Shown here one piece after another: positions 50,229 through 63,599 of a DNA stretch of 64,000 bases; within the stretch, counting starts at the first letter, position 1; each line of letters starts with the position of its first letter. The notes beneath the pieces are model-generated. The model ran no database searches, was not told where the DNA came from, and worked only from the letters and a program-made list of their open reading frames with translations. The stretch comes from Isurus oxyrinchus. Its lineage: Eukaryota. Both the position numbers and the translations under genes were made by a program. Location: assembly GCA_026770705.1 (NCBI GenBank), contig JANJGN010000016.1, positions 111,848,001 to 111,912,000 on the forward strand. The letters run 5' to 3'.

Positions 50229-53200
50229 AGTCGCTCCCCACCCCCCCCCCGCCACCGCGCGCCTCCGCCAATCAAGCCCAAGCCGGGGTGGGCGGGAGTT
50301 CCCCCCCACCCCCCCCCCCCCAGCCGGAGTGACTGGCCAGTTTTGCTTACGGAAGAAGGGCCGCGCTGATTGGTCGCCGGCTGAGATACCTCAGCCTGGG
50401 GAGCCTGGAAACCGCGTGCCCAGCAGTTTCCAAAACCCCCTCCCCCTTATGCTATTCCGGGCGAGGGCGGCATTCCCCCTGCTCGGTGGCTGCTGTAAAA
50501 ACCTGGGCCGGAGTGCTGCATAATGTCCAAACAACAACAAAAAAAATTGAACAAAATCCTCTGGTGCAAACGCTCAATTTATTCCCCCCCCCCCCCATAT
50601 CGCATGCATTTTTGTCCCGGTTCAGCCTTGTCAATGTTGCATTTTTTCCCCCCCGTTATTTTCCCGGTGGTAATTGATGTTTTATTGTTACTTAATTAAA
50701 ATGGATTTTTTTTTCTCTGCTTTAACAAAGTCGACCTCCGCCCCCCCCCCCCCCCCCCATCCCCATCCCCTCGGGCAATGAAAAGGAGATGCTAGGTTCA
50801 TACAGAGTTAACTGCAGATCTGTACAAAACCCCCCTTCTGATTACTCGGTTTTAAAATCAATGTTGCAAGGTCCCAACTCAATGAACAAAAAGCCCATGC
50901 AGCGCAAAGCATGTGCTTCAGGTAGAAATACAGCGAGCCGAGAGAATAGAACTGCCACCAAAAAGTCATTCAATATTCGCGATGTTTTAATATCTTTATT
51001 TTACTTATTTATTTATTTTTGGTGTGGTGTTATACACCCGTCTCCCCTTTTTCTTTTAAGACTCGCGCGAATCAAGAGGACGAGAAACGCAACAGTTTGG
51101 AACTGATCGAAACCGGTTTGCATGCACGTGATGGGCAGTAGTTTTCCATTCAGCTGGACCTGGTTCTGCCGACTGCCACTCATTCAGGAATAGACCCGGC
51201 CGGGAACCCAGTAGCGTTTCCCGGATTGCTAAATCCTTCTAGATTGTAACAATAGCGGACTCTTATCCAACAATAGCGAGAAAGCTTGGGCCATCCTATG
51301 CAACATCAATGTGAGGCTTTTAAACCTCTAGACCTACGTTTAACTTCTCGAGTTTTTAGAGTGGTTTAGTAAATTGTTCAGAAACCGGCTTCCTGTGTGC
51401 ATGAAGCATAAACATGGGTAGATCGGTCGGTAATTTCTGCGATCACAACCAGAATTATTGCCTGAATCTATGTGTTTTGCCATGGGTCGGTTTTAAATTC
51501 ATTCGCGTGTGTTTATTCAAGATCTGTTTGTTTGTATATTGCAGTGCATATAACCGTGTAACCATAATGAAATACAAGACATTTAAAACTCTGCTTTACG
51601 AATACTGTTCAGGCAACAGTCAAAACCATCCCCTTCTTAAAGACGTTACAATTCTCAGCTCAGGACTTGAATGAATTACCTTTGTGAATAATTACTTCAA
51701 TTTTTTTAATAAGGCAGAAATCTTGAACCGTATCCTCTTTGGTTTAAACCTGGTGTCAATATTAAATGTACCGCACAAACTGCTCCAATGCATCATGGTC
51801 TGTCTAGACAACTTAAAATGCTTTTTTTTTAAATGGCTTTTAATGCCAGCCTTCGAAGTCTGAATTCGGGGGACAATCAGATGCGTACATACACGAACCG
51901 AAAAATACCGGTTATAATTTGCATAACCACAGTCCATGCAAGCTGCAACTAAATACCAGTACAATACTGTGATGCTATTTTCCAAACTCACCTATTAAAG
52001 TCGTCTAACACAACATTCCATTGAGCTTTAGGGGCAGAAGATTTCTGTTCAACTGCTACTCTGATATGATAAAGACTCTATATCTGGGACTTGGTCTCTT
52101 TTCAGATACTAACAGACGCAAACAGATACGTTTTCAATATTTTGGCTTTATTTCAGATTTTTTGTATTTGCAATTTTTCGTATTGGAGTTCGCAGCAGTC
52201 CTGTAAAGTGGTCAGAAAAAAATCTGAGTACTTTTGTTTTAGTATTGAATAGCAGGCTTAAAGTCCAGTCATGTATCACACAAAGTATTTTAATTGTTCT
52301 TGATCAGCTAAACAATCTTCAGAGTCTTCTATGTGTCATTATTGCTTGATTTGGGTTCTTTTGATTTCATGCTGCTTCTATGTAAGCAGGGTCTCCTAAG
52401 GGATGAGATTTAACCATGGGAGATTGGGGTTCAGCCCATCCTCTCTGGCAGACTCAACAACTTGTTACATGAGCCAGAGATGTGCACAGTATGCCAGGGC
52501 ACTATTATTACTGAATTTGGCTGGCCCAACATTGGAATTTGGAGGGAACCTGTCCCTGGAGCCTGAGACTTTTCATATTTGCTTCCAGATCATTCTTAAA
52601 GAAGTGAGGCTGTAACTGGACAATCAGTTCACTTGTGTTCTGTGAGCAGTTCTAGATGGTTAAATTGCAACAGCATCCCATAACATAAATTTTATGGGTG
52701 TATGCTATGGGAAGAGATTGTGCACTCCAAATGAGACAATTCAAATCTATACGTTGATGAATTTTCTAATAGTTTAATTTTGAAGATTCTTACACATGGT
52801 GTTGGGATTCCACATTTAATAGACTTGAGACCAAGCAAAGAAAAGAAGCATGTGATCTGCAGAATGCATTCATTGGCTAACAAAACAATCACAAATAACT
52901 GGCTGAAAATAAATAATTGACTTATTAATTAATTAATAGATAGCTTTATAGTTCTTTTGACTAAACCTAAACCTCCAACGCATATTCATTGCAGGCAGTG
53001 TATCCATACAGATTTAAAAGCTTTTCACAGGTTCAATGTTAGTTTGTCCTCAAATCCTAAAACTGCTTGTGTAGGTAAATGGAACTTAGAACAGCATTCC
53101 TAAATTCCTTCTTCTGTACAAAATTAATTATTGGTGAGGATGCCAGGTCCCCAGGATATTAAAGGTGGTAATTAGCCCTTTGTCTTCCTCAGGAACATAT

Positions 53201-56200
53201 TATTAATCTGTTTTCAAACAGGTTTTAAAAATCTTTTTGGCAATGGATAGATGCATATGTTGCAATGCCTCCTTTGTAAATGAGAAAAAAATAGACTATA
53301 TACTGTTCCTTTCTTAATTTTAGTAGCAAAATCGCAGTTGCTCTTTCATGGCCTGAAAAAGTGCTTGTCAAAGCATCAGATTGTGCACAGTCATGATTTT
53401 TGTGACTTTTTTCTGCGGAATTCTGCTAAGTCCTTAAGTTCTAGAAGAGATCTGTTAACTACACACTATTATAGATGCCTAAAAAAATCTTCAAGTTCTT
53501 GCACTTGCTTCTTCACTGTGTATCTCATACTGTACCTTTGAAAGTCCTTTCAAAGTGCAGTATTTGTATAATGCAGGATGGAAGTTCCAGGCATCATTGG
53601 GAGTTCTGAAACTTAAATTTAACCAATGAGATTCAAGAATTTTGCCAATCTTTTGCAGTTTGACTCACAGCTATCTTTTGTTCATTGTGGGCCATTTTAT
53701 TCAATGAATATAGTAATTCAATAGAAGACTTCAAATTATTGATTCCGTAAATCTCTTCAATTGTGGTCTGTACAGCCGGTTCAACATGAAGAACAGAACA
53801 GTCGCAGGTAGCAACTGAGCTTGGAATCTCATTTTTAAACAGGGATGGCTTATTTGGTTTATTCCCAAACATCACAAATGCATGTCACTGTGCATTTTTT
53901 ATCCAAATTTCTTGTAGATCTCTCATTATCCCCACAATTTTCCAAGTAATGCCCAGAAGATCTAAGTTGATTATAGTGGCTGTAGCTCTACTGGTAAAGT
54001 TCAATCAAGCTCAGGAAGACAGTTCATCAGTTTATAATTTCAAGACGTCATGCAGATACAAATCAATGTACACAGGTTACTGAGGATTGTGCTTTCATTA
54101 ATGAAAACGTTTGTTGATACCCCTGTTGCTTTTATTCAGAACTTCCTTAGCTGCCAAATGTGCACAATTTGCTTTGTGTTCCAGGATGTTTTTTGTCAGT
54201 TTTTCATTATGAAAAATTGCTTTCTTCTCTGACTTTTCCTTCAATCCATTCTTCTGACAAATACATTTACACATTAGTTTACAGTTTTAATGAAGAGGCT
54301 CTCACATACTTTGATATATTTGCAAACTGAGCATTCCGGATAGGGATTCTCCAAAACTAGTGCCTCTTTGCAATACTGTACATCTATTGCTCACTGCTCC
54401 CGGAACCAGGGAGCTGAGAACAAACCAGAGATTCAACAAGGCTCCCCTAAGGTCAGTGCTGGGTTCACATCTCCGTGTTCTGGTATAACCCGCCTATCAT
54501 GTTCAAAAATGTGTTCGTTCTAGCAATCAAGGGTCACATTCAATCACAATCGAAATTTCACAGATAGATGCTCGCAGCAATTGGTTGCTTACTGTAGAAT
54601 GTTTAGTTTCAAGGTTTGTAATTTGCCCATCTTGTTTCTGTTCATTAGACAGGTATGAGAACAAAGTTGTTTGCAGCTGGTTTTCAGGCATCTTGAGTTA
54701 CACAAAAAAGGTAGAGGTGTGGCAATATCCATTTTAACCTCTGTCAATGCCTAACTTTCATTAAGATTATTTTTTATCGATTCTAATTTTTATGAATGAA
54801 TGATAATTTATTGAAGTTTTAAATTACAATTCAATTGCCAAATTTTTCTGGTGTATCGCCCGGCTTCCTAACCACAATCTGGGATAAATTGTGACAATGT
54901 GAAGCATAAAGTACATAAATTAGAATACAGGGTATACATCACTATGAACTTTCCAATACTGCTCCCTCATGCATGGATATTAAGACTGAAAAACATGGTA
55001 AAAATAATAAAGCTTTTACTATTCAATGGTGAACTGTGGGCTGACCTTTTTGAAAAGCCCTGTGTGATCAATAGTTGACCATCTGCTATGACTTGCTGCT
55101 ATTTTTTCCAAAACTGTGGCATTGTGTGAACCATGAGCTCACAGATTTCTGTCACATGGAAAACAATACAATAACAGGCTGAAGATAGGGTGGCGAGCAA
55201 GCTAATGTTGGATTTTGCAAGCCATTGTTGGCTGTTGGATTGTACCTTTTTGATTCTTCTTACTTTTTGATGAGGGTGCCTTGTTCCCTCTGTGTATCCT
55301 TACCTAATTTGTAGAAAGTGAGTGTTCATACTGCTCTGTGTTACTTGATATCCTACCTCCACTCTTGCCTTTCACTGGGGTGTGGTTCCACCAACTCAGC
55401 ATGCACTGTACTAAGACAAACATTGGCAAATGTTAGCTTGGCCTGCTTCCACCAATTGACTTTCACCACTGAGAATACAAAACACAGATCAGTATACTTA
55501 ACGGTCAGTCATAGAACTTTTATCGGAGTCCTAGTGTGATCCATTTCAACTTGCCACAAAAAAAAATCAAGTCTCTAAGTTATATACATTAAATACAGGT
55601 GAGCAGTGTATGTGCTATCTTTGGCCCCAACAACCTTGAGCTAAGGAGGGAAAATCAGCCAATGTTACCAGTCTGAAAAGTGACCAAGTGGATGTCACTT
55701 GTGATACCCTCATGGTTAAATAGAGTGCCAACATTCACTGGTTCACACTTGATAAAAGCCACTTGGGCACAATATCAGAAGGTGACACAATTGGAACCAC
55801 AATTGGAAACCAGGGTACTGGTTTCCCTTTAGTGTAACACCAAAGGATTCTTCTTAATGTGAGCCAGCCTATTCAACTGTGGGGTCATCAAAGGTAACAA
55901 TGCTCTTCTCACCTTAATATACTCCAACTTGCACCCCTCAGCAGGTGACACCAGATAGGGATCTGAAACACTACTCAGAAACACTGGCATAATTTGTACG
56001 ATGCTAACGGAGTTCAACTATCTCAGTACAGGTGAGGAATCAAACCTGGAACAACCTTGGTCTCTATGGCTCAGTACCAAACCAGATAGTGAAAATTCTC
56101 ACAAAACCACTGAGCAGCTTTATTTTCAGTTTTTATGAGTTGTATTTCCTCATTTTTAAAGGTCATTTTGTATTGCCTCTAAACATGTTCAAAAGAAAGG

Positions 56201-59200
56201 TTTTTCTGTTTGAATGGAAAAGATTAGACCATAATGGGTTCCTCGAAGTTTCCTTTGATCAGTAGCTAATGTAAAGGGGAGTTTCAGGTTCAGGATGCTT
56301 CATTAGTTACAGGATGAATGTTTCTTTATAATTCCAGTTAGATGTATCATACTGAAATTAATAAATTGCTTATTGCAGTTGAGACTCAAGTTAGTGTCCC
56401 TGAAGGGCCTGAGATATCCCTTGATAATGCTCAAAGTCATTCTGCTTTCAGTTTTTAAAGAAAGGTCCATGATTCTGAATGTATCGATTTTCGATCTTTG
56501 CTCTCTCAGCCAATACAGTTTGGCTCAAATCCATTAAAATGTGGGCACTGGAATGAAATCTCACCTGAGTTCAATCAGCATTCCTACAACGTCCTAGGGT
56601 TTTTTTTTATAAAATAGAGGGCAGAGCACAGGAAGAAGCAGTATGAATGGAGACCATAAGAGGGGTTTATATAAAGGATACACTCTGGAGATCCACTTGG
56701 GATGCAGAGGGCACAGCGTGTTACAGACAGCATACTATAGTAGAGAATATATGAGGAGGAGTGTGAATTTCCATTTTCTCACTTGCCCAAACTTTAAGGT
56801 GTGTTCTTCGCCTATGGTCTACGCTCCATCTGCATTCCGCAACCTCTGTATCCCACAGTGTATCATTTATACCATCGCTTTTGCTGCCCCCATAGCGAAT
56901 TGCGGTGTCGCTCCATTTCAATTGTGCTGAATCAGGCTGCGGGCGGGGAAGCTGTGGTATTAATGAGCTGTTACAGGAAGTTCCCTTTTAACAGGATTGC
57001 CTTTGAGGTTACTGAAATCCAATGGCTGACATGACCAAAACAAATAGTAGCAGACTTGTGTTTTGAACAAACTTACACATTAAACAAACCAATCTGCAAA
57101 AATTAAATAAATTAACGAGTCGTATTGTAACCCACATTTATGTGGTTGGGTTTGAGAATCTCATTCAGGAGGAAATGTACTATAATACTATGTAACTAGC
57201 CACATTGAGATATCATATACATTTATTTTAAAATAACACAAACTATTAACACTGAATTTTCATCGCCTCCATCAAAAGAAACTGACCGATTCCGTGTCCT
57301 GCCAATGGTAGCTGTCTGTACTTTATTTAACTGGCCGTTCATTGTGTCTATGAGACATTGTGTGTTGGCAAGCCATTTGATTACATAGCACATCTGAGCC
57401 CGATTTTATTGCTATCTGACGCATTGTGTAGCAGGAATCACTGGATAGTGGAGAGGATTGGAAGCCTTGATTCATTCTTACCCCTCCCTAGCCAGGAGTA
57501 TAATCCTTTATAGTCATCCTGCTGTTCAGCTAATTCCAACGTTTGTTGGGAAAACCAAACCTTGGGTCTCCTTGGTGTGCAGGGCTTGGTACTTTACCAG
57601 GTGCTACACCCTGCAGATTGCCCGCCTTTGGGATTCGCTGTCAACAGATGTATCATTGCAGAATCCTACTTGAATGGATATCATGTACTTTGATGCTTGC
57701 ACAGCACACCCACAAAAAACCATGAATTGGGCAGATACGGGTAGTGAAGTGAAGACATTAAGGCATTGATGATCTCACTATGCCTAAAGAAAAGCTTGCA
57801 CTTATATCGTGCCTTTCACAACCTCAGGACATCCCAATGCCCTTTAGAACCAATGAAATACTTTGAAGTGTAGTCATTGTTGTAATGTAGAAAGAAGACG
57901 ACAAAGTTTATCTCCTAGATGGCTTAACCAATAATTTGTGCACACCGGAAGATTTGATCTCCAATCCGTACTAAACCAGCTAACCTTAAAAGGAGCAGTG
58001 GCAGGGACACTACAATTGGCTTCATTACCGTGAGAATCAGACAAGGGTCCTGCTCCTGATCTCTATCCAGGTACACTCGCTAAAAGTGCTCGTGTTTGGA
58101 CACCAGGGAATGACAGAATCAGATATGGTTATGTTTTAGCTACAGGAGATTCTCACCGACCTTTTTCACTGCTTGTTTAGGCTAAACCCAGCTATGTACA
58201 ACTTCATTGGCTTGTTTGATCTTGAGTATAGCTTCAAACTCACGCACAGCCCGTTGCCAAGACCAGCATTTTCTACCTCCATAATATCACCTAGCTCTGT
58301 CCCTTCCCCACTACCACCCCTGTTGAAACTCTCAGCTCCTGCCTTCAATCATCCATGGCTTCAACGTCTCCAGCGCTCTCCTCTCCTCACTGGCCTTGCA
58401 AGTTTAACCCTCCGACAACTCATTCAGACTTAGTCCTGTTCATTTATTCTCTGTCCTTGCAGACTTTTCATTGGCTCCCCGTCCCCAGTGCCCTGATTTT
58501 GAGCTCCTTTTCACCGATTAGCAGTGGCATCGTGATATTTGCCCACTCTGCACCCAGCTCATAGCTCCCACTGTTCTGGGTCCGGATGATTGGGATTCCG
58601 ATCCACCTTCCAACAGAGCTCAGCGCCGGAATTTTTTTTACCGAGGCCCTTCCTTCCTCGAGCACCTTCTCAAAACCCCTCTTGTGAATTCTCGCTATTT
58701 TAGGGAACTTTATAAATTGAGGTGATTGTCGAATAGGCTCAGTGTGAAAGAGCTCACACGTGGAAAGAAAGACAACCATTCGGGCCAGGTAACCAGGTAA
58801 CCAGATAACCAGGTCATCAATAAACCAGATGGAGGGAGGAGAGGGAGAGGTCACCCAAAAGGACTATTAAGAAACATAAGGTGCGTTTGATTTGTTTACA
58901 AATAAGCTCAGCGCCACAGGAGCACAAACCCTATTTATTTATTAAACATTTTTCCCGTCAGTTTTTACCATGAAGGATGTTTGCAGATTTTTGGTAAGAG
59001 TTTTGATAAGAGTTGTGCGGATTGCCAGTCATGTTGAGCAGGAGGAAGATTTTATTATTCTTCCAGAGTTTGCAAGGCTGCACAGTCCCGGCCGGGGTCC
59101 AGGGGCAGTATAACCTTCAATAACACCCACGCCCCCCCCCCCCCCCCCCCGACCCCACCCCACCCAGGAAAGGGCTGCATCGGTCCCAGCAACACGACCC

Positions 59201-59499
59201 TGAATCCAGATCCAGCCCAGGAATAGCCCGGGGCCGCATTCCGTGCAGAGGCAGACGGATTGTCTCGGCCTCCTCCCGACCCTAAACAGGCTCCGGCTAC
59301 CGACTTCCCGGCGTGTGGGACCCCCTTCAAACCAGATCAGATCCTGCTCTGCCGCCCCCCTCCCACCCCCCCCTACCCATATCCACCCCGGCTGCCAGTA
59401 CCCATTCCTGCCCCCTCTCCCCAGCACCCCCACTGCCCACCTGGCGCCTCTACCCATTCCAGACCCCACTGTCTATCCAGACCCACCCCAGCCTCACGC

Positions 59500-59672
59500 C
59501 TTCTGGTTCACTAATATCCTTCAGGGGAGGAAATCTATCTGCCATTCTTACCTGGTCTGGCCTACATGTGACTCCAGACCCACAGCAATGTGGGTCTGAA
59601 CAAGGGCAATTAAGGATGGGCAATAAATGCTGGTCTAGTCAGCGGCACCCACACCCCACAATCGAATTTTAA
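59500..59672 (+). mobile_element. SINE fragment sharing its 3' tail with the 10720-12880 LINE family
   Basis: Distinct body (tggttcactaat...ggaaatct...cctggtctggcctacatgtgactccagac) joined to gggcaattaaggatgggcaataaatgctgg. Confidence 0.65.
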
Positions 59673-59675
59673 AAA

Positions 59676-60447
59676 GGCCTCACTACCCACCCCGGTCTCA
59701 CTGTCCACCCTGGCCTCACTACCCACCCCAGACTCACTGCCCACCCTGGTCTCACTGCCCACCCCGGTCTCACTGCCCACCTCGGTCTCAATGTCCACCC
59801 TGACTGCCCAACCTGGCCTCAATGCCCACCCCAACCTCACTGCCCACCCCAACCTCACTGCCCACCCCAACCTCACTGCCCACCCCAGCCTCAGTACCCA
59901 CCCCAGACTCACTGCTCACCCTGGCCTCACTCCCCACCCCGGCCTCACTGCCCACCCCGGCCTCACTGTCCACCCCGGTCTCACTGCCCACCTCAGTCTC
60001 ACTGCCCACCTCGGTCTCAATGTCCACCCTGACTGCCCAACCTGGCCTCACTGCCCACCCCAACTGCCCACCCCGATCTCACTGCCCACCCCGGCCTCAC
60101 TGCCCACCCCAACTGCCCACCCCGATCTCACTGCCCATCCCTGCCTCACTGTCCACCCCGGCCTCCCTGTCCACCCCAGCCTCCCTGCCCACCCCAATCT
60201 CACTGTCCACCCTGGCCTCACTACCCACCCCAACCTCACTGCCCACCCTGGTCTCACTGCCCACCCCAACCTCACTGTCCACCCCAACCTCACTGCCCAC
60301 CCCAACCTCACTGCCCACCCCGGCCTCACTACCCACCCCAACCTCACTGCCCACCCCGGCCTCACTGCCCACCCCGGTCTCACTGTCCACCCCGGCCTCA
60401 CTGCCCACCCCGGTCTCACTGTCCACCCCGGCCTCACTGTCCACCCT
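59676..60447. repeat. 18-bp minisatellite (cctcactgcccaccccgg variants), about 43 units
   Basis: Direct tandem repetition is visible and explains the stop-free ORFs on both strands. Confidence 0.96.
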
Positions 60448-60524
60448 GCCAGCAGTTGATGGTTTTGCAGTGGGATGGAACTCACAGGTGCTGTGGGACC
60501 GTGGGACTAAAGTCAGGCACTTAA

Positions 60525-60960
60525 CCCTTGTCACCCTCCTCCCCTCACCACAGGCTCCAACTTTCTCCCTTCCCTCCCATTTTTATCTCTTTATCATTTA
60601 TTTTCCTGTCCCTCCCTCTGTCTATCATTTTACTGGATCTTTTTTCTTCTCTCACTTAATCTGTTTCCTTCCTATTTCTCTGTCACTGCCTCTTCCACTC
60701 ACTCACTCTCTGTAATTCTCCCAGGCCTCCCTCTTTCATACCTCCGTCCTCCTTCTTGCTGTCATCCTCTCTTCCTCTCGCATTCTCTCCCTCTTTTTTC
60801 TCTCCCTTATTTTTAATCCCTTGTCTTTTTCTCACCCCTTCCCCTCATTTATCCATCTTTGTCCCACCCACCCACCCACTCACTCCCTTCTCTCTATCTC
60901 TCTCTCTCTCGCTTGTTCCCCGTCTTCCCCTTTCTGTCTCTGTTGGTTTTTTCCTTGATA
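60525..60960 (+). repeat. Long polypyrimidine (CT-rich) low-complexity tract
   Basis: About 430 bp strongly depleted of purines on the plus strand. Confidence 0.8.
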
Positions 60961-61321
60961 TCACCATTGTGCACAACACTGGAGAGTCGCAGCGAGGAAA
61001 AGTTTCTGTTATATTTTTGCAGCCCTCCTCTTCAGCCTGTTTGTAACATGTTAGACCTGAAATATCTGAAGCTGCACATTTTACGCAAGATGCATTCCTA
61101 GTCAACAAATAAAATATTTTCGAGGAGTTCCAATGCAAAAAAAAAGCAAGTTGCAAATCGAACTTGAAGCCTTGTAAAGTACGGCTGGGTCTCTGTACAT
61201 GTGCCTCTCTGTAAAGGAAGAGTGGGGGGGGGGAAGTGGAACAATAAAGCGGGCCATACATTGTGTAAATTGCATTGCGATGAAGAATGTGCTTGAGAAA
61301 TACATTTAAAGTGTGAGCGAC

Positions 61322-61335
61322 GCGCCATCTGGTGG
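61322..61335 (-). promoter_or_regulatory. Candidate CTCF site
   Basis: Minus strand reads CCACCAGATGGCGC, a full match to the CTCF core consensus CCASYAGRKGGCRS, in a locally CpG-retaining unique segment. Confidence 0.6.
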
Positions 61336-62969
61336 TAGCTCTAAACCACACGTCCGGAAAGGACTCCCACTTAACCTGCAGCAAATAATACTGCAGATAA
61401 AATCTGCAGTTAATGCTATGGGTCTTATCAAATTATTGCTGTACGAATATTTTGTTGTTCATGTTCTAGGGGAAAAACACAGCTAATGCTACAGATTTGT
61501 ACTTATCTGGCAACAAGCTGCCATTCAATTTACAGATAGGAACAATATGTAGTCAAATAAGTCTAAGCAGTGTTAATGTTATATGCAGAATCTGCAGTTA
61601 TGCTATAGAAATGATCACAGGTAATGATTTAGGAAACCTGCAATTATTAGTATAGGAATAATAATGGTGCAATGCTATAAAAATCTGCAGTCATTGTTTT
61701 TGGTACAATTTATAGTTAAACTATGGGAATAATCATCAGTATTCCTACAGGAAATCTGCAGCCATTGCTGTAGGTACAATCTGCTTCTAACAGCGCTTTC
61801 ATTTTTTATATACAGACAAAACAATCTAATTGCTCTGAAAGTAAATCTTATAATGACAGACTATATTTAGGTTAACAACTAGTTACAGGAAGCAAACTCA
61901 AATTACAAATTGTACATTTTCATGTTTTGGCATGCATTTCTTTCTTGAAGGTGTGTTTTGTAGAATGCAATTCCAGTTTATACCTGCTGAATTCAGATAA
62001 GAAAGCTTGTTTCGGCAACAATGGAATGAAAGGACTGTAAGATAGTTTGAACCAGTTACAAGGATACTAAGAACCCTTGGAGGGTCTGTGTGCAGAACTG
62101 CTGAAAAGGATTTGATCTGGGAAAACCTGTGGTCAGATAAGAATTTTTCCTTCTCCAATTTCCCTCTGATTTGTCTTTTACCCCTCCTTTCCAGAAGCTG
62201 AAGGCTCATCCTGTCATACTGTTCTGCAGTGCCAGAAGCAGTCTCTTCATGTTTGTGCAGGAGTGTGATTCCTGAAAGATTTTTTTCCCTCTCCCTCCCT
62301 AGCCTAAGCCTACAATGGATGCCAGTTTTAGCCCCCACTACTGCTGCTCCACCTGAGATCAGCCAAATCAGCACAAACCACGGATTGAATCTAGGACTTT
62401 CCTGATCTATATGATTCATTACCAGACCAGGCAATGATTTAATGGGCTAAACCATTGGGAAGTCATTTTTTTTTTTGTAAAATGTTTAAAGTGCACAATT
62501 GCATTTCTGATTTCCATTGAGTATAGTGATTTTACTAAAGATAACTCAGAGCTTTCCTGGGTTATTTAATCCTTGATTTGGCAAACCTCTTCCAATCACA
62601 GAGTTCAATCTATTGTAGAGAACTGAAGGTAGAAACCTCTTAACATCCAATTCCATCTTATTACAAGTATAATGCGAATGTTTTGGAAGCTTCTATCTGT
62701 ATCCGTTTTTTAACGTACAATGTTTGATAATGTCTATGACTATGACTTGATCATTTCAGTGCACCTTACAGAGCTTTTTAAACTCTCCAGAATGGTTCCA
62801 TGTTGAAAGCCATCATGAAGTACAGTAGTCAGTTTTACAGATCAAAGGGACCCAGGTTCATGTTTTGTTCTGTGCTAAGTTATTTGTTCTCAGTGAGAGC
62901 AGCAAAAAGGCACTTACATCTGGTCTCAGCTCCTCTTGGAGGGGATGCAACAAAAGTTTACTAGATCGA

Positions 62970-63350
62970 TTCCTGAGACGAGAGAGCTGCCCTAAGAGGA
63001 GAGGTTGGGTAGAATGGGCCTGCATGCCCCGGAATTTGGAAGAATGAGATGTGATCACATTGAAACATATAAAATTTAGTGGACTTAACAGGGTGAGATG
63101 CCTAGAGGCTGTTTCCCTTGGCTGGGGAAGTTTTGAACTAAGGGACGTAATCTCGGGACAAGGGGTCAGTCAATTAGAAATTATGTGGGGAGAAATTTCT
63201 TCTTTCAGAGGGCTGGGAATCTCTGGAATTCTCTACCCCAAATGGCTGCTGTGGATGTCCAGTTTTTGAGTATATTCCAGGCTGAGATGAGTGGATTTTT
63301 GGGCATGAGGGAAATCAAAGGATATGGGGATAGGATGGGAAAGTGGAGTT
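62970..63350 (+). mobile_element. CR1-type LINE 3' fragment
   Basis: MGRNFFFQRAGNLWNSLPQ (ORF 63185). Confidence 0.8.
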
Positions 63351-63599
63351 TATTCTGTGATGCCATTAACAGTTGAGTAGCCTAGAGCCAAATATGAAGA
63401 ATCATCACTTGGATTATGTACTGGAAAGTAGCTTGTGCTTGCGCACTGTGCTGTAGCATGAATCAGCACTTTTAAAAGAGGTAGAGAATTGGAAGGAAAC
63501 AGCTTGTAATTGATAGCAATGTACCTGACACTGATTGTATGGCAAAGGTTTAAAAAAAATAACAAAAAAAAACCTTGGAGACCCCAGAAGACTGAAAAG

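Larger units (their letters stand above)
49250..50520. promoter_or_regulatory. CpG island / promoter and 5' UTR of SSBP3
   Basis: Very high GC and CpG density against a CpG-depleted background. It spans exon 1 and carries several CCAAT boxes (49900, 49972, 50053, 50115, 50190, 50268; ATTGG at 50369) and GC boxes. The TSS cannot be placed exactly. Confidence 0.88.

Noticed and set aside
48936-50523. Many overlapping long ORFs on both strands
   Set aside because: GC-rich, low-complexity CpG island. Only the short SSBP3 exons have family homology.
59610-60715. Long ORFs (222 aa, 297 aa, 145 aa) with LTAHPG / PTPASL repeats
   Set aside because: They are a by-product of an 18-bp (multiple of 3) minisatellite that lacks stops. 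There is no exon or promoter support.
60845-62434. ORFs of 179 aa and 178 aa on the minus strand
   Set aside because: No recognisable domain. They run through a CT tract and a SINE respectively.
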